Source: a virus
Length of the DNA: 64,000 bases
Strand: one strand, 5' to 3'
IMG/VR virus record: IMGVR_UViG_3300005821_000002
Coordinates: 1 to 64,000 of that record
The first letter of the stretch is position 1, and every line of letters begins with the position of its first letter. Shown here piece after piece: positions 10,784 to 22,776 of this stretch. The translations under genes were made by a program, and so were the position numbers. Under the pieces are notes generated by a model, which was not told the DNA's origin, made no database searches, and was given only the letters and a program-made list of their open reading frames with translations.

Positions 10784-11272
10784 TTATAGCCAAACTTCGA
10801 TTTCTTCTACATCATCCTCGATCTTGGTGCTACGTGCTCTCTTGGGTAGCGGGTGTTTCTCAAGAGATTGAATCAACAATTTGGCACGTGACTTCGTTAT
10901 TGCGGTCCAATCTGATACCTTCGCTTCCAGCGTACCTCCACGTGCCTTAGGTACCGCAATCACGGTATAATTGGATAGGTGAGACATCTTGCTTGCGTTA
11001 TTTGCGGTCCAAATTGCTGCTCCGCCCGGTGCGTCACCACGACCACCAACCGCACCCATAATCAGGGCACACAGGTAATCAGCGTTAGCTGCACCAATTT
11101 TTGTTTCCTTCTTCTTATCCTGGGCCACTACCACGGCAATCTCCTTGCCTGTATCATCATGCAAAGTGACCCTATTAAACTGCTGTCGTACCGTGCTGTC
11201 CATGTTATACAGCGGTTCGTTACCTAATGTTCTTGGTGCATCTAACGAGATAGCTTTCTTTTCATTTGCCAT
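10784..11272 (-). CDS. Hypothetical protein with acidic tail ending VWL
   Basis: GAAGGAG RBS; 162 aa. Confidence 0.65.
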   Translation of the reverse strand: MANEKKAISLDAPRTLGNEPLYNMDSTVRQQFNRVTLHDDTGKEIAVVVAQDKKKETKIGAANADYLCALIMGAVGGRGDAPGGAAIWTANNASKMSHLSNYTVIAVPKARGGTLEAKVSDWTAITKSRAKLLIQSLEKHPLPKRARSTKIEDDVEEIEVWL

Positions 11273-11500
11273 AATACTACTCCTTCGTTAAGGTTGGTTC
11301 GATTTGTTTGACTTGCAACATTCTACGAACATCTTTCTTTGAACCTAAACACTTACGGTAGGACCGACGTTTCTGTATCTTCTGAAAACCTCCGGTACAA
11401 TATAACCTAAATCTCACACGCAGGTATGGCTGGTTCATCATGATTATCTCCTTTACTAGACCAGCTCTCGGTACTGTATGCTATGGTCTGGACGGGTTAG

Positions 11501-11884
11501 TTAGGCAGGTACGAGCGGTTGTACCGTGATGAATCGTTGCATAATCTTATGTCCAGCACCGAAATCACTGGGCCAAGTTGACTTCTCTTGGTACTTACCC
11601 AATAACTTTGGATCGGACCGGCAACGATCATACACTCGTACCGCTAGTGCCTTTGCGTTGTCGTCCTCGAAGAACCCACAGATTGGTTCTCCGTCTGATG
11701 TCTGGGCCTCAAAACATATCTGTAAGGCAGGGATCAAGATTAACCAAGGAGTGTTTCCACGGTGCGGAAACTCGTCCTCTGGTGCGGCATCTCTATCAAA
11801 CGGTGCGGAGTTGATAACGAAAATTGGTTGACGCACCAGTTCTTGAGCCGCTTGAGCTGTTTCTTGGTTGATAGTTTTTCCCAT
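11501..11884 (-). CDS. Hypothetical protein
   Basis: AAGGAG RBS; 127 aa. Confidence 0.6.
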   Translation of the reverse strand: MGKTINQETAQAAQELVRQPIFVINSAPFDRDAAPEDEFPHRGNTPWLILIPALQICFEAQTSDGEPICGFFEDDNAKALAVRVYDRCRSDPKLLGKYQEKSTWPSDFGAGHKIMQRFITVQPLVPA

Positions 11885-12470
11885 GGTTCAATCTCCTTTT
11901 GATTGACCCAGACCACAGCAAACGAGAGTGCACCCTGGTCCACGGTTCGGTACCGTACCAAAAAGATGCACTCTCTCACATCCATTGTCTCACGTGGTTC
12001 GGGACCAGTCAAGGGTGACTTCATACCTTGAACCAGCTATGTGACATCAATACCAGTACCGTCGGTGCCGGTGCGGTGACCCTTTTAGTACGGAACCAAG
12101 TTCTCAGGTCCCATCTAGTTCCAGGCAGGTACAGAAGAACAAATGAACGAACCAGCTTCGCTGGTTCAAAATGCATTTTCTGGGGAGGTACCGTAACCAC
12201 AAGAACGTATTGCAACCAATGGTACTATCCTGGATACCAATGGTGCATAATAGACCCAGTATTTACAAGAAAATAAAATGAAATCTTATGACCCAACCGA
12301 ACAATATAGGATATAAAGTCCAGTCAGATCATAAGATTTGGGACAATAAAGTTAGTAATGATAATTTGGGTAACGGCGATTATTTTACATTGTAGTATTA
12401 TGAGAAACTCTGAATTTTCTTCACGCTAAAATTAGCAACAATAATTTGGGTAACAGATTCTATCTGTAAA

Positions 12471-15400
12471 CTAAAATACTATTGTAATCATTGACATAAA
12501 TAATTCATATAAAAGATAAAAGAATCCTCCAATAAATGCTACTATAATTGCAATCACAGGAGTCCATGTCAATAAGTAGACCGGAATTGCAACTATTTCT
12601 TTCCAGCAATATTTCTCTATAACCCATCTATTGTGATATTTGTCTGGATATTTTTTATTCATTTTATGAAAGTTTTTTCTATTTGCATATGTTACCTTAA
12701 AATTCACAAACCATTTTACACTCCAACTCATTAACCAGAAATACAGAATAACTGCCATACCAATAGTTATGAATGTTTGTAAGTTTAGTAATATAGTTTT
12801 CATTTTATTTCTCCTTTTTGTAACCCATAATTTCGTTATAATAATCGAATATATAACATTCAATCATATGTGAAAATGTAGCAAGAGACATGGCAATATG
12901 TGTGCCAGAATATGAAAGAATTATTGTATGTAATCCATATACAAATCTTTGAGAGATTTTGAAATCATTTATTTCTATTGCATCTTCATCCCAATAATTT
13001 TCTAACAATTTATCTACAACCATTTCAAATGTTTCTCTTGGTATACATATAGTTCTATTTGGACCTTTATGAATACAAGTATTTCCATTGACATCATGAT
13101 AGGCATAAATTTTCTCATGATTTGAAGTAGAACGAATGAGACTCATGTTAACTCTTCTTCCCACACCAAATTAGCATATACATTACTTATGGCATATTCC
13201 ACTTGATCTTTATCTTGAACATTTACTGCTAAAATTTCACATACAATTTCCTCATCAATTATTAATCCATTGGACGTAACATCGAGATTACAGTATAAGA
13301 CTTTATCACCAATTTTATACTTGGCATCTGGATGATCTTTATTATGCAATTTAATAAACTCAATTAACCATTCAGCTTTTAATCCTATTCTTTGAGGGTC
13401 ATATCCTTCATACATTATTTTCTCCTCGTAAGCTTAGATAAATCCTTACTAACCTTATTCCAAGATATTTGGAATATAATACCTAATACCTCTTCTGGAC
13501 TCAATTTTACAAACCACATTCCTCCACCCATTTCATAATCTTTTTGTTCTCTTTTTATTCCGTTTGCCAATCTTTTTATTGCTTGATTGTAGGTAATAGG
13601 TTTCATGATTTATCCTCCAATTCTTCTGGAGTATATACTTCTTCTGCATCTTTTAATGTATCAACTATATCGAAAGTTTGTTCCTCCATCTCCTGATTCA
13701 TAATAAATACATAATGATATTCACTGAATTGATCAAGATAATGATATAAAAAATCCAACTGTCTTTTCGTAAATTGTACGCTATATAATTGTTCCATTAT
13801 TTATCCTCCAATTTACGCAAGAGTTTAATGACTCCGTCTGCTTCTAATAGCATATTTATTCCATAACAATCTGCTGTGTCATAAGTAATATATTGATATA
13901 GGTCATACTTTTTCATAATATGATTATCACAGATATTACCTTCTTCAATATAGATAGTTTCTCCATCTTCTTCTGCACACACTTTACAGACATTTAACCA
14001 AACCTTTTTTACTTCTGTTTTTAATAGTCTGTAAACCATTACATTATTATCATCATTACTATATACACGACTGTCATAATTTCTTCGCCGTTCATTAAAG
14101 ATTCTTTCCATCTCACTATCACTAAATTCTCCATATGTGGATACTTGAAACATTAGTTCTTCTGCATTATGCACTTCTATTATTTTAGCCTTTTGTAATG
14201 GACGCATAATAATAAAGTACATTATTTTCTCCTTTTTGGTTGACCACAATGTTTGCAATCAATCCAGCCAGATGATTCATCATATTCACAGTATTTTGTT
14301 GGAGATTTTTCACAATACCAACCAAAACTCTCACCACAAATATCACAATAAGCTCCACCAAAATCTTTTATTTCAACAATAAGGTGCTTACATTCCTTAA
14401 TTAGTTTGTTCAATGTCCCCTGAACTTTATTAACATATTCACGTAAATCGCTGATCTTTTTAGCATAAGCTTTTTGTTCAGGATTCATGTTATACACCTC
14501 TCAGTATGTTAACATTTCTTAATGTATACTTCATTCTATCTTTAATATCAATTTTTCTTGATTTCATCACATTAGCAAATGCCATTTTGAGTTTATTTTT
14601 ATCAGGAATATCATCATATCTTTTTCTGTCGTATCCATAATTTAAGTAGCTATAGCCAGTGTGAATTGTGAGTAAACTTCCTGGATGATAAATTATTTGA
14701 ACAAACCAATCATCGTCACCCCATTGTTTAATATCAATTTCTTTAGAATGTTTGTAGTTAAAATGTCTCGCATCAGTATAAATATTAGAATCAAATAGAA
14801 ACAAATATGGCTGAATTACACTATCCATTACAACATAACTTTGTGCCAAATCATTTTTCGCTTTCATAAGACAATTTTTTAGTTTTTTCAACATTTCTTT
14901 TCCCATTAGTTTTCCTCCTTTAATTCTTTAAGAATGCTTATTTCCTCAAGAATATTACCAAGTTTCCAAGGTGAATATTCTCGAACTTCTACGCACATAT
15001 TGATATGATTATCTGTTCTAGATTGTAATTGATGAATATGCCCATGCAAGTTGTATGTTAATGGATGCTTTATTTTGTGCACAGGAACATGAGAAAAGAT
15101 CAATGTAAATTCACCAAACTTTTTGAACAACATTTCATCTCTACCAAAGGTAGTAAATCCCATCAATTTGCGTAGTCTTCTTCGACTATCATGATTACCA
15201 TTTACTAGGTATTTATTACCACGTAATAATGGGGCAATTTCCTTAATTTGTTCAGGCTTTCCTAGGGCAAAATCACCCAAATGTAAAATATTATCTTCAG
15301 GTTGTACTAGAATATTCCAGTTATAAATCATAAGATCATGGTGATTTAAAGGTCTATTGGCATATCTTTGTATATTTTTATGAAAGAAATGAGTATCCGC

Positions 15401-18400
15401 AATTATCCAAGTATCTTCGTTTAACCATTCCAATTTGTCCTCCTTATTCATTCCACGGAATATTTATGGTGAATTTTTTGGGCGGTTTCTTTTTAGTTCC
15501 AAAACAAGCCGCGTCCATAAATGCTCCCATGAAAAACCATTTTATTCCTGTGGCATTTTCCAGAATTTTCTCTATATGATATAATGGACGTGGAGAGTAA
15601 TAAACATCTACAATTACTCTCCATATACCATCTATACCTTTTTCTGGTTTACATTTTATGGTTTTCATAATTAATTGTCCAAACTTTCTTTACCCATTCC
15701 CATATATTTTTGTGTAAATCTTCTGCACGAATTAGTAACCAAATTCCTCTAAGAATTAGTATCACAATAGCTAGGACAAGAAGTAGGGGCCAAAGAAAAG
15801 CCCCCAAAAATACACACACAATCATTGCTAAAAAGTCTTCCCAAAAATCATCAGCTATCATAGCAGCAAAGATTATACCTGCTATAAGAGTAGTGCAAAA
15901 TCCTATCCAATATATTATAATCATAATTCACGCTCCAATGTTGTGACACTAAATTTACGAAGATTTCTTACAGGAACTCCTGTTACCATTTTATGTCCCT
16001 GTTCATTTATGCTATCAATATTTAAACATTTTGTTTGTTCATCATATGATAAAAGTTCTGTTTCAAATGTTTCTGGTGGCATATCTGCATCATCAAAAAG
16101 ATAATAAAATTTAACTATTTTCATATTGCACACATACTTTCATCAACAATAGCTACATAATCGGTGGTATATAATTCTATATGAAGTGTTTCTATCTCAA
16201 AGTCAGGGTCAATTTCAGGTTTTATTTTATGGAATCTTTCCAACGCCTGACGTTCATTTTCTGCCACAACTAAATAATATGTTTCTTCTTCTATATGGGC
16301 CCGTACATAACCATTTATAAATCCGATTGCTCTAATTTTATATAACATTATTTTAACATCCTATCTGTCTTTATAACCTTAATAATTGGCTCAGGTTCAT
16401 TGTTCATTATTGTTTCCCAAAAATCATATAAATTATCTTGTATTTCATTTATTTCATCTAAACTTAATTCAAGTTCAAATTCTACTTTTACTTTCACAAA
16501 CTCTGATACGCCAAGTTGTTCAAAGATTGTAGTTGCTATGTTAGCCATAATATTTCTCCAGTAAGTAAGTTGTCTTATATCCAACATAAAGACCCATAAT
16601 TAGCGTTAATTCTATTGCTATTGTTAGAATAAATATATCGAATTGTTGTGCGTTAAACATCTTCACCCTTTCTCCTATCCATTATTGGTAAATCTTTTAT
16701 GAATTTATATATTGGAACAATGATTTTTATAATAAATTGTACAATTAGAAGATTGAATCCAAATAATAGGGCAAATGGAACTAAAAATCCCCAACAAAAT
16801 ACTAGAACGATTGATACACCAAATCCTATAAATAAAGGTATAACAATATCTTCCCAAACATCTACATACTGAGTATCTTCTACTTTTTTTACAGTCCAAA
16901 CTGTAAAAAATCCCCAACAAAATATTCCAAGGATAGTTCCACATAGTAAATATCCTGTAGTAAATGACCATATAAGATTGCTTAAATAAATGTTCATAGT
17001 TTTCTCCTTTAAACCCAAATTACTTTGGGTTTTTCTTCTTCTTTTTCTTCCGGTTTTTCTTCTGAATTTTTAACGTCCTTTTTACCCTTAATTGAATTCA
17101 TAAATACACCATTAATTGGAATTACTTTTGATAATGTTAATTCATGTTCCCAAAATATTTGATCATGAGTCTCTGTAAATTGACAAGTATATTCAAATCG
17201 TCTATAATCATCAGTAGGTTCATCTATATCAACTATTTGAATAATCTTTCCAATATATTGCCCAATAAGACAGCTTTCATTTACTTCTACCCAATCTCCT
17301 ATACAAAATGCTGGTATTTTATTCAATGGGAACATCTTTTTCCTCTATTTCTTCTTCTAATTCAAAGAGTGATTTATCTAAAGAACTTCTGTGATATTTT
17401 CCAGAAATTTTACATTTTAGTGAACAATAATATCCACCATTTTCTCTTGCATTAACTTCCTTTTTAGTAGCCCTAAAGCTAGCACTACAACTATCACAAC
17501 TATATAACATTTTACCATCGGATTTCTTTTCTGATTTCTTTCCTATTTTCTGTTTTATCTTTTTATTAGGTGCTCCTATATTTTTGATCACATCATCAAT
17601 ATCAAAATTACCATCAATTATCCAATCACTACTACTAGCATCAGTGCCAGGATTATTGGTAGTTGTTCCAGTATAACTGGTTGTAAATTTAGGACCATCA
17701 TTTGGCATGAGATTGTTCCTCCCTTACTGTTTGTATAAATGTTTTTGATTCATCAATCATATTGTTTATTGATTGTAATGAAAGCATATTATTACTACTA
17801 TCTAAATACAATTCAAACCCAAGTTTCAATATTGTATAGTGTGATTTAGCATTAAAACTTACTGATGGGTTTTTATGTCGGCGGTTTATTGCCGATAAAG
17901 TAGCAAGTGTTGCTGTCACACGATTTATTGTGATTGTTTTATTCATCGAAATGATACTCTAACAATGTTTCCAAATGATATTGAGCTTTTTTAGCATTAT
18001 CTTCCAATAATCTATCCGCAAAATTGTTTACATCATTCACAAATTTCAACATTGAGTCAAATCTTTCAGGATTTTCTCTGAAGTTTTCAACTACATCTAA
18101 TACCCATTTTAATGTATGTAAATTATTGTATGCAATTCTTACCTGATCTTTTCTGGGGTCGTCCATACAAATCTTTAATAATTTTGAAGACGAAGAAATA
18201 ACTTTATTTATTACAGCATCAACTTCCTGAGAATTAGACCCAGAATGTTTTATCACTTTCTTCGGTGTCTTCTTTTTCACTGTCTTTTCCACCGTTTTCT
18301 TTGGTGGATTTATTATCAGACTTATTCCCAGTAGTTTGCTCGCTAGTCTTCGCAGGAAGGAGTTTGACATCTTTTTCCTCTCTTTCTTTAGTTGGTAAAG

Positions 18401-18704
18401 CAGCGTCTAAAAGTTTTGCCATACTCATATCATCAGTATTATCTACATAATATGAACTAGTATCTCCTAACCAATATTTTATATCATCATCATTGTTTAT
18501 AATATAAAGTTCAGGGTCAACAACAAAAGAATCACCTAAATCAAGGTTTATTGGGTCAAGAACTTCTAAATCCCCCATAACTTTTAAAGATGGAAAAGTT
18601 TCCGCAGCTTGTATTAAAGCTTGTTCAGTAGTTTCTCCAATAACAAAACATATAAAAGGAATAAAATCATTGACTGTTATTGGATAAAGTTTGAATTTTG
18701 ACAT
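12471..18704 (-). other. AT-rich array of about 20 small hypothetical and membrane ORFs
   Basis: Overlapping stop/start junctions; includes two related SH3/YorP-like ORFs (13143, 17009: IGD.V...WE.ELT) and zinc-finger ORFs (14222, 17319). Confidence 0.7.
14906..15451 (-). CDS. Calcineurin-like metallophosphoesterase
   Basis: DTHF.H, HLGD, GNHD, SH.P and HGHIH motifs. Confidence 0.92.
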   Translation of the reverse strand: MNKEDKLEWLNEDTWIIADTHFFHKNIQRYANRPLNHHDLMIYNWNILVQPEDNILHLGDFALGKPEQIKEIAPLLRGNKYLVNGNHDSRRRLRKLMGFTTFGRDEMLFKKFGEFTLIFSHVPVHKIKHPLTYNLHGHIHQLQSRTDNHINMCVEVREYSPWKLGNILEEISILKELKEEN

Positions 18705-18893
18705 GTTTTTCTCCTAGTTTATTTCCGATAACCGAATAAATTTATGAGTTAGTTTACCTTTTTACCCCTTATTTTATTGGTATTTATCAATAAAATATAG
18801 ACAAATTTACTCTAAACTATCTTCTTCGGGCACCGAAGATTATATCTAACAAATTTTGTGATACTAATTTGGGTAACGGAATTGTTCTGCAAT

Positions 18894-19136
18894 CTAACTT
18901 CCTAATATTTTTTCTTCTAAATCGTCCAAAAGAGTTTCGACATCTTCTGGTAGCCAATAAGTGTTAGAATAAATGGGTCCCCCACATGCAGGAAGATTGT
19001 TTGCAAAATTAATTGAACCCATTAGTTCTCGCTCATTGTCAGTAATTGGTCTAAGAACATTATCACCAGTTTTTGTGGTAGTATCTTCTACAATTATTGG
19101 CTCAATTCCATCTAAAAGTTCCAAGTTTTTAGTCAC
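18894..19136 (-). CDS. Small acidic hypothetical protein ending the amidoligase operon
   Basis: GGAG RBS, GTG start, directly after the GATase gene. Confidence 0.6.
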   Translation of the reverse strand: MTKNLELLDGIEPIIVEDTTTKTGDNVLRPITDNERELMGSINFANNLPACGGPIYSNTYWLPEDVETLLDDLEEKILGS

Positions 19137-19137
19137 A

Positions 19138-19797
19138 TTAAAACTCCTTTGTTCTAAATAACCAGTCTAAAACTTTCATACGATTTATATAGGCTTTTTC
19201 TGCCATTTCAGGATGAGATTGTACAGCCCTAAATTTTCCATCTAAACTTTGAAAACCCTCTACTACTCCAAAATTAGAGTCAATCATTACTGGTAATAAT
19301 CCATCACCTAAATCTTTGACTGCTTGGTGGTGTAAAGAATTTACAGTTATTTCATCACCATCTTTTAACCCTAAATAAGTGAATAAACATTCACTATCTA
19401 CTAGCGTAATTTGGTGAATATGATTGTGTCCAATATCTGCTGATGGTAAATCTTCATATAATGTTCCACCCATCATTACGTTTAAGAATTGTGACCCACG
19501 ACAAATTCCTAGAAAGATTGTATCTAAATTCTTATAGAAATCAAAAACTAATTTCTCTTGCCAATCTCTAGCTAAATTTACACTAAGTGATGGGTGATAA
19601 GAACCTCCATAAAGTACTGGATGAACGTCTGCCCCACCATCAAAGATTATCATATCAATATCTTTTGGTAATTTATCATCACCATAATTGGGGTCTAAAT
19701 CAACAATACTTGCTTTTTCTCCAAATAAATGTAGGATAAGTCCGTCCCAACTTGCTGCCCCACTATATCCTGTGAATGGTATTCCTATTTTTATCAT
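19138..19797 (-). CDS. Class I glutamine amidotransferase / peptidase C26 (PuuD-like)
   Basis: GGADVHP, GICRGSQ, NSLHHQ and VQSHPE (Cys-His-Glu triad). Confidence 0.92.
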   Translation of the reverse strand: MIKIGIPFTGYSGAASWDGLILHLFGEKASIVDLDPNYGDDKLPKDIDMIIFDGGADVHPVLYGGSYHPSLSVNLARDWQEKLVFDFYKNLDTIFLGICRGSQFLNVMMGGTLYEDLPSADIGHNHIHQITLVDSECLFTYLGLKDGDEITVNSLHHQAVKDLGDGLLPVMIDSNFGVVEGFQSLDGKFRAVQSHPEMAEKAYINRMKVLDWLFRTKEF

Positions 19798-20531
19798 TTA
19801 ACTTTCCTCCAAAAGTTTAGTAAACCATCTATTGTCATAGTATTGTAAGTTGCTGGACCCGATCTTAGGAATGTATTATCTCCAACTATTCCTTTACCAA
19901 AAACATCAGTCAACATATTTAGATAGTTTGCGATCCATTTTTCTGCACCTGCTTTATCAGAACTCCAGCATTTCTTAAATAAAGCATCATGTAAATAATA
20001 TTCATCATCACCAAATGCCATTTCAGAAATAGATACAACATCTTTCCAAGATGTTAATGCTTTTTGTCTAGGATTATCCTTGAAAAACCTATCCCAATCT
20101 TCGTAATACTGTATGTTTATTTTTCTCAATAATAAATATATTGTATATAATCCACCCCAATGCAAAGCTTTCCATCTAGGTTTTTTTATTGGATTAATAT
20201 GAACTAATCTTGTGTATCTGTATCCAGAATAATATCTACTAATTCTAAAATAATGTCCATACATTCTATTCAAATCTTTAAACAAAGCATCATAATTAAA
20301 ATACTTCAAACGGCGGTTGAATTTCAAAGGATAAACTGCCATAGAATATGTGTCAACAGGTAGATTAAAAACATAACCAAATAAATCACCATAACATCTT
20401 GCTCTTTTATAATTATTTTCTCCAAAAAAGTAATGAGCGTACAAATCCTTACCTTGATCATTTTGAGCAAATTCTCTAATTCTATCTTTATGAAAGGTTT
20501 TTATATGTTCAATTTCATTTTTTGTTGTCAT
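19794..20531 (-). CDS. Hypothetical protein, paralogue of 20515-21351
   Basis: Shared HKxRI, C[YF], GH.F, LLR and WKD.V blocks. Confidence 0.7.
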   Translation of the reverse strand: MTTKNEIEHIKTFHKDRIREFAQNDQGKDLYAHYFFGENNYKRARCYGDLFGYVFNLPVDTYSMAVYPLKFNRRLKYFNYDALFKDLNRMYGHYFRISRYYSGYRYTRLVHINPIKKPRWKALHWGGLYTIYLLLRKINIQYYEDWDRFFKDNPRQKALTSWKDVVSISEMAFGDDEYYLHDALFKKCWSSDKAGAEKWIANYLNMLTDVFGKGIVGDNTFLRSGPATYNTMTIDGLLNFWRKVK

Positions 20532-21351
20532 TTTTTGCCTGCCTTTCTTTTACAATTTGTTCAACTATATTAAACGCTGGAGTTTGTCCACATCTAAAGT
20601 TTCCAATTTTGAAAGAACCTAGATAATATCTTCCCTTACTATTTTCACAAACAGCAGAGAGAATTTTTTCTAGTTCTTCTTTAGTCATTCTGAAGTCAAA
20701 TTTTCTACCAAATGCAGTAGTAAGAACTTCGATATAATTATTGATAGCAGATTCAAATAATTCTTCTGAGCCTATATTATTAGCATTTTTATCTTCAGGA
20801 CGTAGAGCATAAAGTTCATCATTAATTCCATGCCCCGAACCTTGAGCATATCTACTCCACATATATACTAAATCTTTCCAATTATTAATTGGAAAATCAT
20901 ACTTTTCTTTTCTAGCTGGAGTATGATAAATCATAGATAATTTTTCCATTCCTTCTCCATCAATAGCTCTCAGTAAAATAAATATAAGATAATAACCCAT
21001 ATATCTTAACTCTGTGCGAGGTAAAGGTCGCCGTTCTCTTATATCAATAATTCTACAATCTTTATTTCCAGATTTATATCTCAAAATAGTAAAACGGTGT
21101 CCAAAGATTCTTTTCATATCTTTCATCATTTCTGTAAAATTTACAATTTTAGAATCATCATCCCATTTTAGAAGATACTGCATAGAAGTTCCTTTGGGAG
21201 TCTCCGCTAATCTTTGATTTAACCTTGCAAAACAAACATCATTCATTAGCTTTTCTTTATGTCCAAAATTAACTCCATAAACACTGTTACTAATAGCGTT
21301 GATTCTTTCTTTCTTATGTTTTTTGATAAAATCTATATCTTCTCTGGACAT
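20515..21351 (-). CDS. Hypothetical protein, paralogue of 19794-20531
   Basis: Same shared blocks as its neighbour. Confidence 0.7.
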   Translation of the reverse strand: MSREDIDFIKKHKKERINAISNSVYGVNFGHKEKLMNDVCFARLNQRLAETPKGTSMQYLLKWDDDSKIVNFTEMMKDMKRIFGHRFTILRYKSGNKDCRIIDIRERRPLPRTELRYMGYYLIFILLRAIDGEGMEKLSMIYHTPARKEKYDFPINNWKDLVYMWSRYAQGSGHGINDELYALRPEDKNANNIGSEELFESAINNYIEVLTTAFGRKFDFRMTKEELEKILSAVCENSKGRYYLGSFKIGNFRCGQTPAFNIVEQIVKERQAKNDNKK

Positions 21352-22361
21352 TAGAATAAACCCCTTTGCATTGTAATATTTAGAAATTTTAAATCATCCA
21401 TCTTTACAAAACCATTTTCCAACGCCCATCCCATAGATTTCTTATATAATTTACCTGCATTTTCTTGATCAAGTGTCATCAAAGTTTTATACATATCAGG
21501 AATTAAGTTTGCTTTATCCTCTGCAAATTTTTCTCCAGCACTTTCAGCAATAGTTGCTGCTAAATCCATTGTGTAAAGTAGTGCTCTTGTCATTGGATAA
21601 TTCCTAATGAAATGATTTGACATTACTCTATATTCAATTCCAAATATCTGTTCTTTAGGATTATAAATTTGCAAACGAATTCTTCCAGGTTTTCCATAAT
21701 ATTCTAATCGAGCTTTTTCGTACTTAATTATCTCTGGTTTTCTCCTAAAAGTTGTATTCAACATTCCTACAAAGAAGTCGAAACAAATTGCAGTTGAATC
21801 CCATTTTTCAAAATAAATTGATGGAGAAGAAATTGGGGCTTGAATATGAATATGTGCGCCACCATATCTAAATTCATGAGAAGAAACATCCAATTCTTCC
21901 GTATGATCTTTTCCTTCTAAACCTAACTCAAAATATTGCATAGGAAATTCGTCAGGATCACACCCAAATATGACGCACATTTGAAATTCTTCGCCACGAC
22001 CTTCCCAGTATTTATTTACATCAAAATGTCCCAATGGTTTTGTCCAAACTTTTAATCCATGTGGACTAATAAAATGTTGCAAAGCATTAATTCCACGATT
22101 TACTGTACTAAAGAAACCTCGCACAGTATCTTGGGGATCAATTTGCATTTCAATTGCAGCCCCATCTTCTGACCATTGAAAACCATTACCAAAAAGTAAA
22201 ACTTTCTTTCCTTCACTATTAACCATATTCATACCAAAATCTTCTACTAAAGCGGCTGGTGGAATTATTTCTGGAATATTCCCGTATTTTGTCGGAACTA
22301 AATCCTGGTAAACAAATGCTTCAGGATCAGTTCCAAAAGTATGTAAAAGAGTTTTACCCAT
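21351..22361 (-). CDS. phiEco32-like COOH-NH2 ligase type 2
   Basis: FGTDPEAF, EDGAAIE, FGCDPD, RYGGAHIH, YYGKPG and GIEYR motifs. Confidence 0.88.
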   Translation of the reverse strand: MGKTLLHTFGTDPEAFVYQDLVPTKYGNIPEIIPPAALVEDFGMNMVNSEGKKVLLFGNGFQWSEDGAAIEMQIDPQDTVRGFFSTVNRGINALQHFISPHGLKVWTKPLGHFDVNKYWEGRGEEFQMCVIFGCDPDEFPMQYFELGLEGKDHTEELDVSSHEFRYGGAHIHIQAPISSPSIYFEKWDSTAICFDFFVGMLNTTFRRKPEIIKYEKARLEYYGKPGRIRLQIYNPKEQIFGIEYRVMSNHFIRNYPMTRALLYTMDLAATIAESAGEKFAEDKANLIPDMYKTLMTLDQENAGKLYKKSMGWALENGFVKMDDLKFLNITMQRGLF

Positions 22362-22776
22362 GTTTAATCTCCTCGTCTAGGAAAATTTTTGGCTCTACTT
22401 CTTGTGCAGTAAAACCATCACGTTCTATATCCTTAATATAAGTATCTTTTACTTTAATATGTAATAATTGTGGATTTAATTCCTCTTTTGTTCCTTCTTT
22501 AAATGCATAAATAATTCTAAAATCTTCTACGCTACCTTTATTTCCACTATATCCACATTGTAATTCTAGTTCTTCACTTCCATCTAAAACTTTTTTACAA
22601 TCACTACACCGTAATCCTACAGTTTTAATTCTGACATCATGTGCTATAAGACTTGCAAAAGAAATAAGAATTTTATGTTTATCCTTAATTTTGATATTTG
22701 GTCTTCCGAATATATTTTCAATACTAATATTGATATTAATATTTCCACCACAATTTGCGTGTCTAAGATTTAGCAC
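22354..22776 (-). CDS. Hypothetical zinc-binding protein
   Basis: HxxC ... CxxC; within the operon. Confidence 0.55.
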   Translation of the reverse strand: MLNLRHANCGGNININISIENIFGRPNIKIKDKHKILISFASLIAHDVRIKTVGLRCSDCKKVLDGSEELELQCGYSGNKGSVEDFRIIYAFKEGTKEELNPQLLHIKVKDTYIKDIERDGFTAQEVEPKIFLDEEIKHG

